Shown here piece by piece: positions 25,547 to 35,425 of a stretch of DNA of 59,264 nt. Both the position numbers and the translations under genes were made by a program. The notes under the pieces were generated by a model. That model saw only the letters and a program-made list of their open reading frames with translations, searched no databases and was not told where the DNA came from. This stretch comes from a virus (taxonomy: Duplodnaviria > Caudoviricetes), in IMG/VR virus record IMGVR_UViG_3300036832_000931, positions 1-59,264 of that record; one strand, written 5' to 3'. Every line of letters begins with the position of its first letter. Position 1 is the stretch's first letter.

Positions 25547-27999
25547 GATTTCTTCTTCTCCACAGCGGCGAGCCGCTTATCGATTTCTTTAAGTGCATTC
25601 ACCATCAAAGTGAATATCGCGGATTCGGCAATGCCCAGCGTTGGGTCGTCCGACTCGAGTCCGCCTGAACCGTCAGCCAACTTCTCCCCAATCACCACTA
25701 CTGCTTCAGGCAGCACCGATTTTACATCCTGTGCGGAGAAGCCAACCTCACGGGCCCGTAATTTACCGTCAGGATTGGAGCGCTGAAACATGATCGGCTT
25801 CAGTTGCTTGATCACCTCAAGGCCGCGCGCTTCCGGCTCCACGTTTTTCTTGAAGCGGATATCGCAGATGTTCTGATAAGCCCCAAGCCCGCCGACCGGT
25901 CCTGTTGGATTGTACGAGAGCAGGTCGCTGGGGCGCATGTGCCACAGCGCACCGTTATTGACAATGAAAGACGATGCGGTTTGACCGGCAACACCGTAGG
26001 CCCAATAAGTATTGGCTGGTATGCCCGCCGCTACGAGAGAATAGCTTCTCCCGACGATTGACCCATCTGCATTTACGGAAGCTACCAGTGCGGGGCTAAA
26101 GCCACTCCCCACCGTCAATCCCGAATTAACGTAAAATTGAAAGTTTCCACCATTACCCGAGAAAACCATCGCGCTCGTGGCATTGGCAATCCAACTAACG
26201 CCGTTATAATAAGCCCCGGTGGCCAGATTTACGTTGTTGGCGACGACTGAGGTAAGCGTAGCCGCTGCAGTCGAAGCACCACTGCTGGCTCCTATATAAA
26301 TTTGGCTAGCGCCGACCGCCGTACCTGCAATCACCCCGTAACTGCCGCTGACCGTACCGGTAACGGCCAAGCCATTCAGGTTCAAGGCCATTGCGAGACT
26401 GGGGCTATATGTACTACCAGCACTCAAAGCTTGATTCAGGAAAATCGAGAAGGCTGCGGCGTTGGCCGGGAAGTTGAATATCGCTGCATTGGCATTTGTC
26501 GCCATCCACGCTGCGCCGGTGGAGTAGGCCCCGGTTGATAGGTTGAACGCACCGCTGATCCCAGGGACATAATTGATAGCTGCCGTGGGCTGAAAGCCAC
26601 TGGTCTGGAACAGTACGCAGGGCGTAGTCGTCTGGCCGCAGATGAGCACGTTGCCGCCCACCTGGGGATTCCCGCCCGTCCGCGCGTAGCCGATGCCTAG
26701 TCCCGTTACGTTCTGATAGCCGTAGACGAATCCAGCAACACCGTTATTACCCCCCGCCGTAACGATTGAGCTGCCATCGGGGAGCGTGACGGTGCCAGTG
26801 AAGGTCGGGGATGCCAAGGGCGCGTAGTTGTTCTGCCCCGAGGCAGGATTTGTCAACGGAGCGGCATTGGCCAGTACAAACTGAGTAGTGCTTAGCTGTG
26901 TAGTATTCGTTCCAACCGTGGCAGTAGGCGCAGTCGGGGTACCGGTAAAGGTCGGGCTGGCTGTAGGAGCTGCTCCGAGTGAGGTCAATGCAGACGGGGC
27001 AGTAGTCGCAGCGGTCCCACCATTCGCAACGCTAAGAGGAATAGCTGCGGTAGCCAATCCACTAAAAGCTGTCCCGTTGGTTTTGGTAACAACGAGTGAG
27101 CCAATGTTGCTAATCGTTCCATCGCCCGAGATCGTCTGTGGGGTAAAGCTGGTGCCGCTCTGGGCGATCCAAATCTGCCCCAAGGTAGGGGCGGTGCCGC
27201 TGCCCGACCCACCGTTGGCCACCGATAGAGGAATGGACGCCGTAGCGAGTGCGGTAAACGCAACCCCAGCAGTCTTGGTAATGGTCAGAGTTCCCGAACT
27301 ATTGAGCGTTCCATCACCCGCTATCGTCTGGGGAACAAAGGTGGTGCCGTTTGCCGCGATATGAATCTGTCCCGACGCAGGCGCGGTGCCATTGCCCGAC
27401 CCGCCGTTAGCCACGGAGAGAGGAACGGTTGCTGTAGCGAGTGCGGTAAACGCAGTCCCCTGAGTCCTTGTAACGGTCAGCGCCCCCGCACTGGTGATCG
27501 TCCCGTCACCGCCCAGCGTTACCGGTGCGATTGAGGTGCCTGACTGCGCGATCTCTATTTGACCGGCGGTGGGAGCGGTGGTGTTTCCGGTACCACCGTT
27601 TGCGATCGTAACCGGACTCGTCAGTGAGATCGTGCCAGTGGTGGTTATGACGCCACCGGCTAGACCAGCCCCCGCGGTAATACTGGTGACTGTGCCGCTG
27701 CCACCGCCACCAGCCGATGAAACGGCAGCCCACGTACTGCCATTCCAGACCATCAACTGACCAGTCGTGGTGTTGTACCAGAGATCACCCGTCGCCGGAG
27801 TAGCTGGGGCCGCGGTCCCGGCAGCGGAGGACGCATTCAGGCGGATCTGTCCTGCAGCGGCGATACTGGTTGGGACACCGCACCACAAACGCGGCGGCTG
27901 GGTCGCCATCTCTACCGCCAGTTCGCCTTGGGCGAGACCTGACGGAGCCTGATTGGCTGTCGCCGTGCGATAAATCTGGATGGCGGTGAGATGAGCCAT
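25543..27999 (-). CDS. Tail fibre with C-terminal peptidase S74-like intramolecular chaperone
   Basis: G/T/A-rich; internal ~64-aa repeats (PLSVANGG.G...GDGT); SPTFTGTPTAPT fibre motif; CDIRFKKNV...GFSAQDV..VLPEAV. Confidence 0.85.
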   Translation of the reverse strand: MAHLTAIQIYRTATANQAPSGLAQGELAVEMATQPPRLWCGVPTSIAAAGQIRLNASSAAGTAAPATPATGDLWYNTTTGQLMVWNGSTWAAVSSAGGGGSGTVTSITAGAGLAGGVITTTGTISLTSPVTIANGGTGNTTAPTAGQIEIAQSGTSIAPVTLGGDGTITSAGALTVTRTQGTAFTALATATVPLSVANGGSGNGTAPASGQIHIAANGTTFVPQTIAGDGTLNSSGTLTITKTAGVAFTALATASIPLSVANGGSGSGTAPTLGQIWIAQSGTSFTPQTISGDGTISNIGSLVVTKTNGTAFSGLATAAIPLSVANGGTAATTAPSALTSLGAAPTASPTFTGTPTAPTATVGTNTTQLSTTQFVLANAAPLTNPASGQNNYAPLASPTFTGTVTLPDGSSIVTAGGNNGVAGFVYGYQNVTGLGIGYARTGGNPQVGGNVLICGQTTTPCVLFQTSGFQPTAAINYVPGISGAFNLSTGAYSTGAAWMATNANAAIFNFPANAAAFSIFLNQALSAGSTYSPSLAMALNLNGLAVTGTVSGSYGVIAGTAVGASQIYIGASSGASTAAATLTSVVANNVNLATGAYYNGVSWIANATSAMVFSGNGGNFQFYVNSGLTVGSGFSPALVASVNADGSIVGRSYSLVAAGIPANTYWAYGVAGQTASSFIVNNGALWHMRPSDLLSYNPTGPVGGLGAYQNICDIRFKKNVEPEARGLEVIKQLKPIMFQRSNPDGKLRAREVGFSAQDVKSVLPEAVVVIGEKLADGSGGLESDDPTLGIAESAIFTLMVNALKEIDKRLAAVEKKKS

Positions 28000-28003
28000 T
28001 AAC

Positions 28004-28174
28004 TTATTCCTTCATTACCACGCCATTAGCTGGCAATGCGTCAGCAGGTAGTTGTGGCTTCGCCTGCTCCATAATGGCGTTAATCAGGGGCATCGCACGT
28101 TTGATCGATTGATCCCCCAGCATGTCCAAAATCTGGTTCCATTGTTCAACGGTTAGTTTGATCGTTATTTCCAT
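28004..28174 (-). CDS. Small tail-associated protein
   Basis: MEITIKLTVEQWNQILDML...LINAI..QA; typical fibre-adjacent small protein. Confidence 0.55.
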   Translation of the reverse strand: MEITIKLTVEQWNQILDMLGDQSIKRAMPLINAIMEQAKPQLPADALPANGVVMKE

Positions 28175-28533
28175 TAGAATGTTCCCCCGTCGATCGGGCT
28201 TAGTAATTGCCAACTCGCAGTTGCACCATTTCTAACGTAGGGTTGCGATGCTCCGGTTGGGGCCTCCCCTAGACCCCCCGCTGGTCCAGGCGGCCCTTGT
28301 GCTGGCACTCCGGTATCGGTGGTACCAACAAACCAATTGCCGTTGGGGCCGATATATGGGCTCTCGGAAACTCCGGCGGTCAGATGCGCAGCGACATCCA
28401 GAATGCGGTAGTACTGATCCTGATTCAGCTCGCCCAGTACGGAGGTGAGCTTGGTCAGCATGTACATAAAGGTGTCCCAAGTATTTTGCTCGTCAGCCGG
28501 CAGAGGCGCTCGGGGAATTGCTGCTGCTGCCAT
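28174..28533 (-). CDS. Tail-associated protein with short collagen-like segment
   Basis: PYIGPNGNWFVG..DTGVPAQGPPGPAG...YVR..ASW...IDGGTF. Confidence 0.65.
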   Translation of the reverse strand: MAAAAIPRAPLPADEQNTWDTFMYMLTKLTSVLGELNQDQYYRILDVAAHLTAGVSESPYIGPNGNWFVGTTDTGVPAQGPPGPAGGLGEAPTGASQPYVRNGATASWQLLSPIDGGTF

Positions 28534-28541
28534 GTTTCACC

Positions 28542-29882
28542 TCAGCGTATCGGGACAACTATAGTCGGCTGCTTTGCTGTCGTCGCTGCTGCTACGGCTC
28601 CGAGGGCTATCTGGAACGCTTCTGTGGTGGTCGGATTACTTAAGATTGCAGTGCGCGTCGAGGTTGTCCCGGCCGCCACCTGCGTAAAAACCGTAGCATT
28701 GCATTTCTGGAATTGCATCGCACGGAGAGTAGGAACCCCGTTGTTATTACGGAACACGAGGGAGTCGGTCGTCGGAAGGCCCGTTGCGAAGTAGTTATTG
28801 GTCGCACGCCACATCGCGACGATGAGCGCGTTCGCCGTTGTGGTCGTGACCGTAGGCGTTACGCTGTTTGTCGCGCTCGCGTTATCGACGTTGGCAAAGG
28901 CGTTTTGCAGAATGCCGCCGCCGGTATCGTGATAGACCGCGAGGAGACTGCAACTGAACGTGGGTGAGCCGGATGCCACGCTCCAGTTGTAACTGGCTGG
29001 CTCAGATCCGCTCGCCACTTTCCAATAGATCGACAGCGTGTATTGGAAGCTCGCATCGTTGTGATCGCCAAAGAGCCGAGTCCAACCAGATGGCGCAGTT
29101 ATGGTCGCGTTGGCAGTCTCGGGCGTAACCATCGCAATCATCATATCGCCCGCGATGATATTGGTCGGTACCGGCACCGGAAGCGAGGTGATGCCAGCCC
29201 CACCGTTATCCTCCCACCGCGCGGCGCGAATACCTAAAGGCTGTGTCGTCTTGGTGCCGGAATTGTAAAGCGACAGTCTCATCACCGCCCAATTGCGTGC
29301 AGCCGTATCGGTAATCGTAGGGGTCGGCGTAGCCGTGTTCTTTTTAACCGGGATTAGCTGACAGTAGCCATTGCCTGAGCCGCCGCCCGCGCCATTATCG
29401 GCGAAATAACCCAAGGCCGGAACGGTTGGTGCGTTCAGTGAAGGGCCGGAAAAGATACTCAACACCAGTTCATACTGGTCATTAGTAGTATCGTTCGGCG
29501 TAAAGGCCGGCATCGTAACGGTCGTACTCGAGTTCTGTATGGCCGTGACAAAAGTGCCAAAACTTGCCGTACCGCCACCCGTATCGTAGTACGTCATCAT
29601 CATCGCGCCACCGGTACCGCTGGGTGTCGTATAGGTATAACTCGCTGGCTCTGATGCCGCCCGCCGCCAGAACACGCCCAGGGCGTAATTACTTGAGGTA
29701 GCCTGCCCGATCTTGGTCCAGCCCGAGGCTGGTCCAGTAATCGTTCCCGCCGAGTTATTGCAGATCATCAGGATGAGCAGATCGCCGTTCTGCGTGCTCG
29801 TTGGCACGTTGATCGGACCGACATTTGAGCCGCCTGAATTGGCGCTGTCAGCCGTCGTTCCGGTACGTAAGGCAATTGCCAT
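28542..29882 (-). CDS. Virion tail/receptor-binding-type protein with two tandem beta domains
   Basis: Duplicated GDLL/GDMM...PSGWT...W+.A..SEPASY motif. Confidence 0.65.
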   Translation of the reverse strand: MAIALRTGTTADSANSGGSNVGPINVPTSTQNGDLLILMICNNSAGTITGPASGWTKIGQATSSNYALGVFWRRAASEPASYTYTTPSGTGGAMMMTYYDTGGGTASFGTFVTAIQNSSTTVTMPAFTPNDTTNDQYELVLSIFSGPSLNAPTVPALGYFADNGAGGGSGNGYCQLIPVKKNTATPTPTITDTAARNWAVMRLSLYNSGTKTTQPLGIRAARWEDNGGAGITSLPVPVPTNIIAGDMMIAMVTPETANATITAPSGWTRLFGDHNDASFQYTLSIYWKVASGSEPASYNWSVASGSPTFSCSLLAVYHDTGGGILQNAFANVDNASATNSVTPTVTTTTANALIVAMWRATNNYFATGLPTTDSLVFRNNNGVPTLRAMQFQKCNATVFTQVAAGTTSTRTAILSNPTTTEAFQIALGAVAAATTAKQPTIVVPIR

Positions 29883-29891
29883 TTCTGATCC

Positions 29892-31052
29892 CTACCGCGT
29901 GCCGACAAACGTGATCTTCACGCCTGCGAGCGTGCTGTCCGCAGCGGTTGGTGCGACTAGTTGGAGTACGTCACCCGCGTTGAACGTGGTCGCCGCGAAG
30001 CTTTGGAACGTACCCGTCGCACTGGCCGCGAAGCGCACCGTGCCGATACTCGAGCCGTTCTTATTTGCCGTGCATGAGACGGTACCGGTCGAGGCGGCGT
30101 CGGCTAGCGCGTAGCTGCCGGTCATATTCGCCGGGAAACTCACTGTACGCGGGAAGATGTACTCACCGATGATCTGCGAGTTGGAATAAGTACCCGCCAG
30201 ATATATGCCGAGATCGTATGGCCCAGTCGCTGGTGGGTTAGCCAAGACAAAAGCGGTGGTGGCTAATTGGGTAGTATTGGTGCCGGGGGCGGCAGTTGGA
30301 GCGGTCGGAACGCCGGTAAACGCAGGGCTGCTGAAGATGCTGACGCCGTTCAGTTGATAGGTACCGGTGGTGATGTTGATGCCGGTGGCCGGAGGGAGAG
30401 CCCCAGGGGTAGTACCGATCTGCAGGGCCGGGAGCCGATAGATACCGGTCTTGTCCCAGATTGCGTCCAAGGTGGGGGTAGTCTGAACCTGGAGGTAGCA
30501 ACCAAAATTGTAGCTATCGACGAGGATGTAAGCGTTTGTAGTATCGAGAGTAATTGCGCTGATATCGACGATGCCCCCGTTGGACCAGTACCCCCCATCA
30601 GGAAAAGTCGCCCAAGTGGTGAAGGTGGGCCGATCGAGGGGCGCGTAGTTGTTCTGTCCAAATGGAGGGTTAATCAGTGGAGCTCCCCCACCGCCGCTGC
30701 CGCCACCACCGCCATCAGACAACGTCAGGGTCGCCGCGATCTCGGCCATATAGAGGTACTGATCACGGTTGGGCCAGCCAAAGGTCTGATATATGGCGGT
30801 GAGAAAACTCCAGAACTCGTCCCATCGGGCTTGCAGGCCAGCTGGCAGGTTGACGGGTGGTGGAGTCGGGTTGACGGTGATGATGTCCTGCGTCGGTGCC
30901 ACCGGAACGGACGGCCGCATCTGGTTAAGCGCCGCCGCTACTCTGCCCAAGTCCGGTAACGCGAGACCCTCTCGCCCGATCTCGGCATCGACGTTGCTGA
31001 TCTGGCGAAGAACTTCTTGGATCTTCTGAGCGATGTCGTTCTTGCGGTTCAT
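29892..31052 (-). CDS. Tail fibre-related protein
   Basis: SPAFTGVPTAPTAAPGTNTTQLATTAFV fibre motif and NNYAPL shared with 25543-27999. Confidence 0.7.
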   Translation of the reverse strand: MNRKNDIAQKIQEVLRQISNVDAEIGREGLALPDLGRVAAALNQMRPSVPVAPTQDIITVNPTPPPVNLPAGLQARWDEFWSFLTAIYQTFGWPNRDQYLYMAEIAATLTLSDGGGGGSGGGGAPLINPPFGQNNYAPLDRPTFTTWATFPDGGYWSNGGIVDISAITLDTTNAYILVDSYNFGCYLQVQTTPTLDAIWDKTGIYRLPALQIGTTPGALPPATGINITTGTYQLNGVSIFSSPAFTGVPTAPTAAPGTNTTQLATTAFVLANPPATGPYDLGIYLAGTYSNSQIIGEYIFPRTVSFPANMTGSYALADAASTGTVSCTANKNGSSIGTVRFAASATGTFQSFAATTFNAGDVLQLVAPTAADSTLAGVKITFVGTR

Positions 31053-31396
31053 GCTGGCGTTATGATCTGACTAAATGTTGCGGTTGAAGCCATCGGGACC
31101 AACCCAATCATCGGCGGATAAGTGCGGCCGTTATCCGAGACGTAGACCTGAAGCACCATGCCCTGAACCAAAGAAACGGTGGTCATATTGCCCGAAGTGT
31201 CGGTGGTCGCCGTGATGATGATGGGCTGGACGACCATGCTGGACAGTGATTGTGGCACCATGCTGTTGAACGTGATGGTACCGTGCTGGACGGGGTTGCC
31301 ATCGACGCGCAGGACCGTCCCCGACACCGTGCAGACCGCAACGGACGTAGCTCGTGGTTCAACTCCTGGCAAACTCATGAGGTGATAACTCCCCAC
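31049..31396 (-). CDS. Hypothetical beta-rich structural protein
   Basis: CTVSGTV...G.PV...I.F; within the tail operon. Confidence 0.55.
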   Translation of the reverse strand: MGSYHLMSLPGVEPRATSVAVCTVSGTVLRVDGNPVQHGTITFNSMVPQSLSSMVVQPIIITATTDTSGNMTTVSLVQGMVLQVYVSDNGRTYPPMIGLVPMASTATFSQIITPA

Positions 31397-31797
31397 TTCT
31401 GAAGCACTGGATGGTAGATGAACGCTGCTTGATGATTAGCCGGAATAGTCGCGCTCACGAGGATGTTGCCGGAGGTAGCGGTGTTGAAACCATCTCGAGA
31501 AAAGGCGTAAAACTGGCTCGCCATATTAGCCGGCGCATTGATCGTCGTAATCGTGGTCGTGCCGGTGATCTGCTGCACCAGCGCACTCGGCGTAATGGTC
31601 GCCGCACTGGCGATATCAGCCCCATAGTTGAATTGCAGGGTGTCGAGCGGTGGCAGCAGCTGGATACGCATATAGTTGGTGACGTACTGCATCCAGCGAT
31701 CCACGACATAGTTGATCAGGAAGGCGCGCAGATCCTGAAAAGTACGGACATTGATCGGTCCCGGTGGTGGGGGATCGAATGGGGCGATATTCGGCAC
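31375..31797 (-). CDS. Hypothetical structural protein
   Basis: DIASAATI...ITGTTTITTI motif; within the tail operon. Confidence 0.6.
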   Translation of the reverse strand: MPNIAPFDPPPPGPINVRTFQDLRAFLINYVVDRWMQYVTNYMRIQLLPPLDTLQFNYGADIASAATITPSALVQQITGTTTITTINAPANMASQFYAFSRDGFNTATSGNILVSATIPANHQAAFIYHPVLQKWGVITS

Positions 31798-33294
31798 TTA
31801 ACGCCATCCCCCCGGACGTAACTCCACCAGCAGCGCCGAGACCTCCCCGCCGTGCTGGGTATTGGGCGTTATCGGCTGCCCCGGACCCTCGGTATTGATC
31901 TGAAACGAGTGCCACTTATCGTATTGGCGGAAGTAAAACCAGCCATCAGCGGCACGAAAGGTGGTCGGGCCGGGAATGTCGTCACCACCCAGATTCCGCG
32001 CATGATACGCCAACACTGAAGCGTATTTCGGCTCTACATAGTATTGCGGCTTGACCCGCATGCACTGTGACAAGCCTTTGGGACTGCCGATGTAGCTGGT
32101 TCGCAGCATCATGGTGCCGGGAGCTCCGGTCCACGACTTGAGAATGTTGTCAGCGCCAAAAAACAAACCATTCCAGACACCGCCGGTATAGCTGTTGCCG
32201 GACTGAGAGCCCGATTGAAAATTCGGGGTAGGCACCATCGTCACATTGAGGAATCCTGCCCCCCATTTACCGTTACGGGTATTCCAGCACACGTAGCGAT
32301 CGGGCACATGCTGAACTGGCGGATTCTTGCTGACGAAATACCAGTAACAAAGGCCGTGGTAAGGATCGTACCGGCTCAAAATCGCGCCGAACCACGTCGG
32401 ATCAGCCACATCGAAAAACCACTCTTTGAGGTTGTTCGGTATCCTTTGCGGCGTATAGCCCGAAGTCACATAAAAATCGTCGATCCCGAAGAATGCCACC
32501 GCATCCGGCATCTCGATGACGGCTTCCTGCGTCCAAGTACCAGTCAAGTCTGACAGTAGCTGCCATGACCACACCGCCTGTCCACCAACGTAGCTACCCA
32601 ACCACATCGCCGAAGGTTTAAAAGCGATGACGTTACGGTAGAGGCGGCTGCAGGCGACGACCTCACCGGGAAAATCGTACAGCACTCCTTGTCCCGCTTG
32701 GGTCTGAATATTCGGTGTCCAGTTATTAAAAGTCGCCAACGCTGAGCAGTACCAGTTGGCACCATTGAACATTAAGACTTGGCCGTTAACTGCGGTGACG
32801 AGACTGGCATTGGTCGGTGCGCCACCACCGATCGCAGCGAAATGGCCGTTACCATCAAAAGTCGAGAAGAGCGGTTGTGGCTGCCCCCTATTTACGGCGA
32901 TGACCGTGTCACCGAACTGGGAGAATCGCCAGCGGTAGCCGACTCCTGGGGGAATTGCCCCGGTATTCTCTGCGATGTTCCATGTATTGGTGGGATCCGG
33001 ATTACTGCCTGCGGTGTTGTTCAGTGCCCACAGATGATCTTTGTCACCAGCGAACACCTGAATAGTGCCGTTGCTGTAGTAAACCACCGTCGCACCGAGC
33101 GGCATGCTTGCCAGCGGTGGCGGACAGTACAACTCAGCCAGATTCTGCGCCTGATAGCCTTTTGCGGTCGGCATCGCCTGATCCATATCGATCAGTACGA
33201 CCTGCCCGCCGGAGCTGGCATTGAGCGCGAGATCGGGCGCGAAGTCCGCGAGGGGAAACTCCTGCACCGATACGCCGACCTTATAAGCGCTCAT
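31798..33294 (-). CDS. Tail nozzle/packaged-DNA stabilisation protein (P22 gp10-like)
   Basis: 498 aa, beta-propeller-like (WRFSQFGD.VIAVN); follows the adaptor gene. Confidence 0.65.
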   Translation of the reverse strand: MSAYKVGVSVQEFPLADFAPDLALNASSGGQVVLIDMDQAMPTAKGYQAQNLAELYCPPPLASMPLGATVVYYSNGTIQVFAGDKDHLWALNNTAGSNPDPTNTWNIAENTGAIPPGVGYRWRFSQFGDTVIAVNRGQPQPLFSTFDGNGHFAAIGGGAPTNASLVTAVNGQVLMFNGANWYCSALATFNNWTPNIQTQAGQGVLYDFPGEVVACSRLYRNVIAFKPSAMWLGSYVGGQAVWSWQLLSDLTGTWTQEAVIEMPDAVAFFGIDDFYVTSGYTPQRIPNNLKEWFFDVADPTWFGAILSRYDPYHGLCYWYFVSKNPPVQHVPDRYVCWNTRNGKWGAGFLNVTMVPTPNFQSGSQSGNSYTGGVWNGLFFGADNILKSWTGAPGTMMLRTSYIGSPKGLSQCMRVKPQYYVEPKYASVLAYHARNLGGDDIPGPTTFRAADGWFYFRQYDKWHSFQINTEGPGQPITPNTQHGGEVSALLVELRPGGWR

Positions 33295-33369
33295 GTCATT
33301 TGCTCTCTTATCGTTTCCCCGCTAACGTGCAGCGATGGTTCCCGCGTAGAGGCGGTGAAACATTTTTGC

Positions 33370-34287
33370 TCACCAATCCCAGCCGGGGATCCGATATCCC
33401 TGTTGTGCCGCGGCTTGCGCTTTGAGGTGGCTCAATTCCTCACTGGCCGCGCTCATGGCGAGTTGGGCAGCGTCTGAATCATAGAGAATTTCGCGGCTGA
33501 TCGAGGCTTGCGCGTACTTTCGAATTAAGCGCTCGGCAGTGGTCGTCCAGTAGTTGGTGTCAGTCGCATTGAAGAGGATGTTAGGGCCGGTGTTGTAGTT
33601 CAACGTGATCGGATAAAAGCCTGCCGGATAGACCCACAGATAAATCTGCGATTGCCAGTACGACCAGAAGCGGGGATACGCCGCGATCGGAGAGGGCTGC
33701 ACCACGTCGTACGAACTCAGCTCGATAAAAGGAATCTTCTCGAGAATCAATCTGAGGTTGGCGGTGGTGATCTGAACCATGTACGGAGCCACCCAATCGA
33801 CGGGCGGAATGTACTGGTTCATGTTGGGAACCGTGCTCAGCTGGGTGTGATAGCCACGCTGAAACGGCCCGATATTGGCCCACAGCACTCCACCATCCGA
33901 GGTAATGCCGTAGTCAGTCGGCAGGGGCTGCTGGTAGTACGAGGACCCCGGCAGATCGTAAAAGATATGGTTGTTCCAAGTGGGAGGAGTCGCTCCGCTC
34001 TGCTGTATCCCCTCCGACATGGCGACGAAGGCGTAGGTGATGCCGCTCACCATCTGCTGAATGGTCGAGCCCAGCGGAAACATCGTACCCGCCTGCCAGA
34101 CGGGAACTTTGCGATTGTCGATCTCAGAAAAAAAGAACGCCTTGCGCTGGAAATAACGCATGGCGTCCTGCAGATAGTCGATGATCAGACCGGCGAGGTC
34201 GGGACGATTCAAGTCATCGAGCAACCTCGCCTGCTGTGCGCCAAACGTCCGGGTATCCGCCTGTTGCGGTTGATACGATTCAGCCAT
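33370..34287 (-). CDS. Head-tail adaptor protein
   Basis: DDLNRPDL...I...A....QR..F.F.E N-terminus; P....YP...Y...TNYW...AE.LI C-terminus. Confidence 0.7.
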   Translation of the reverse strand: MAESYQPQQADTRTFGAQQARLLDDLNRPDLAGLIIDYLQDAMRYFQRKAFFFSEIDNRKVPVWQAGTMFPLGSTIQQMVSGITYAFVAMSEGIQQSGATPPTWNNHIFYDLPGSSYYQQPLPTDYGITSDGGVLWANIGPFQRGYHTQLSTVPNMNQYIPPVDWVAPYMVQITTANLRLILEKIPFIELSSYDVVQPSPIAAYPRFWSYWQSQIYLWVYPAGFYPITLNYNTGPNILFNATDTNYWTTTAERLIRKYAQASISREILYDSDAAQLAMSAASEELSHLKAQAAAQQGYRIPGWDW

Positions 34288-34308
34288 GACATAGAACAGT
34301 CAGCCGCG

Positions 34309-34527
34309 TTAGTCTTTACCCATCCCTGCGGGGTTAGGCTCACCGGGAACTGGTCCGCCCATCACGCCTGAGCCGGACTTGCTGTTAGGCGTTTCGGTCA
34401 TGTCACAAGTCGAGAGATGGTCTTTCATCATCTCATCATAACTGGTGAAGAGCTTTCCATCCGGCTCCTCACCGGAGTTGGTTTCATTGAACGGATTGGG
34501 ATAACCGTAACCCATGCTTTTTGCCAT
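34309..34527 (-). CDS. Hypothetical protein
   Basis: 72 aa in the head operon, with RBS. Confidence 0.5.
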   Translation of the reverse strand: MAKSMGYGYPNPFNETNSGEEPDGKLFTSYDEMMKDHLSTCDMTETPNSKSGSGVMGGPVPGEPNPAGMGKD

Positions 34528-34779
34528 TTACTTATTTCCTCTTACGTCGCGTTTGCCTTCGCTTATTCCCCACAGCGCGTCTCTAAAGTCTTCACAGGCG
34601 TTTGTGATGTGATGACCCTTATCCCACGCTTTCTGGTAAGCGTCAGTCACCGTGTCGTCACTCAGCTTCCCGGCGATGAGGTCTTTCACCCTCGTATCCG
34701 CATTTTGCGGATAACTGGTCTTGGGCGGCACCCAGATATTGTCGATATCTGGATACTCATCCATCGTTTTGCGACTCAT
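34528..34779 (-). CDS. Hypothetical protein
   Basis: 83 aa; TAATG overlap with the upstream gene. Confidence 0.5.
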   Translation of the reverse strand: MSRKTMDEYPDIDNIWVPPKTSYPQNADTRVKDLIAGKLSDDTVTDAYQKAWDKGHHITNACEDFRDALWGISEGKRDVRGNK

Positions 34780-35408
34780 TATACGCCTCCGTCATAAGCC
34801 GGTGCCCACTGTACCACAAAGCTTACAGGCGTGGCCGGTGTGAGCGCGGCAGCGACGATGATTTGCAGCATGGTTCCGGGCTGCCACTGCACTACGCGGC
34901 AGCCGGTCGCACCGATCGCGCGCGGCGTCGAGCAATACATCGTCCCGAGATTCTGCGCCTGAGGAGCAGTCATGGCGGCGTTAGTGATAATGGCACCCGC
35001 CAGCGTGCCGTACGCCGTCGGGCTGGCCAACGAATCCTGAAGCGTCCCGGTTACACCGGAAGTGACGATTTGGTAACTGAGCAGGAACGAATTGAACGGC
35101 ACGTAACAAAGGTTAATGTTGTTGCCAATCGCCAATGCCACGCCAGCTTGGAAAGCACCCATGACGGGAATTGTATAGACGCTCGGTCCTCTACCGCCCT
35201 TGGGATCACGGATGATGGCCGAGGAGTTGAAGCCCGCGGGCAGTGCCAGCAGACTCGGACCCATCGGTCCTTTTACTTCACCGTTGCCGTTGCTCTTGTG
35301 TTGTTTCGCCGCCTCTTCATGTGAACCAGCGTGTTCAGACACAGGCGCTTCTTTCTCTTTGTCTTTCTCTGAAGAAACTCCAAAGCCCTGGTGTTCGCTC
35401 TTTGACAT
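34779..35408 (-). CDS. Candidate capsid decoration/cement protein
   Basis: Start MSKSEHQ after a GGAG RBS; directly downstream of the capsid gene; beta-rich. Confidence 0.55.
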   Translation of the reverse strand: MSKSEHQGFGVSSEKDKEKEAPVSEHAGSHEEAAKQHKSNGNGEVKGPMGPSLLALPAGFNSSAIIRDPKGGRGPSVYTIPVMGAFQAGVALAIGNNINLCYVPFNSFLLSYQIVTSGVTGTLQDSLASPTAYGTLAGAIITNAAMTAPQAQNLGTMYCSTPRAIGATGCRVVQWQPGTMLQIIVAAALTPATPVSFVVQWAPAYDGGV

Positions 35409-35425
35409 TTGTTCTTCCACTCCTG

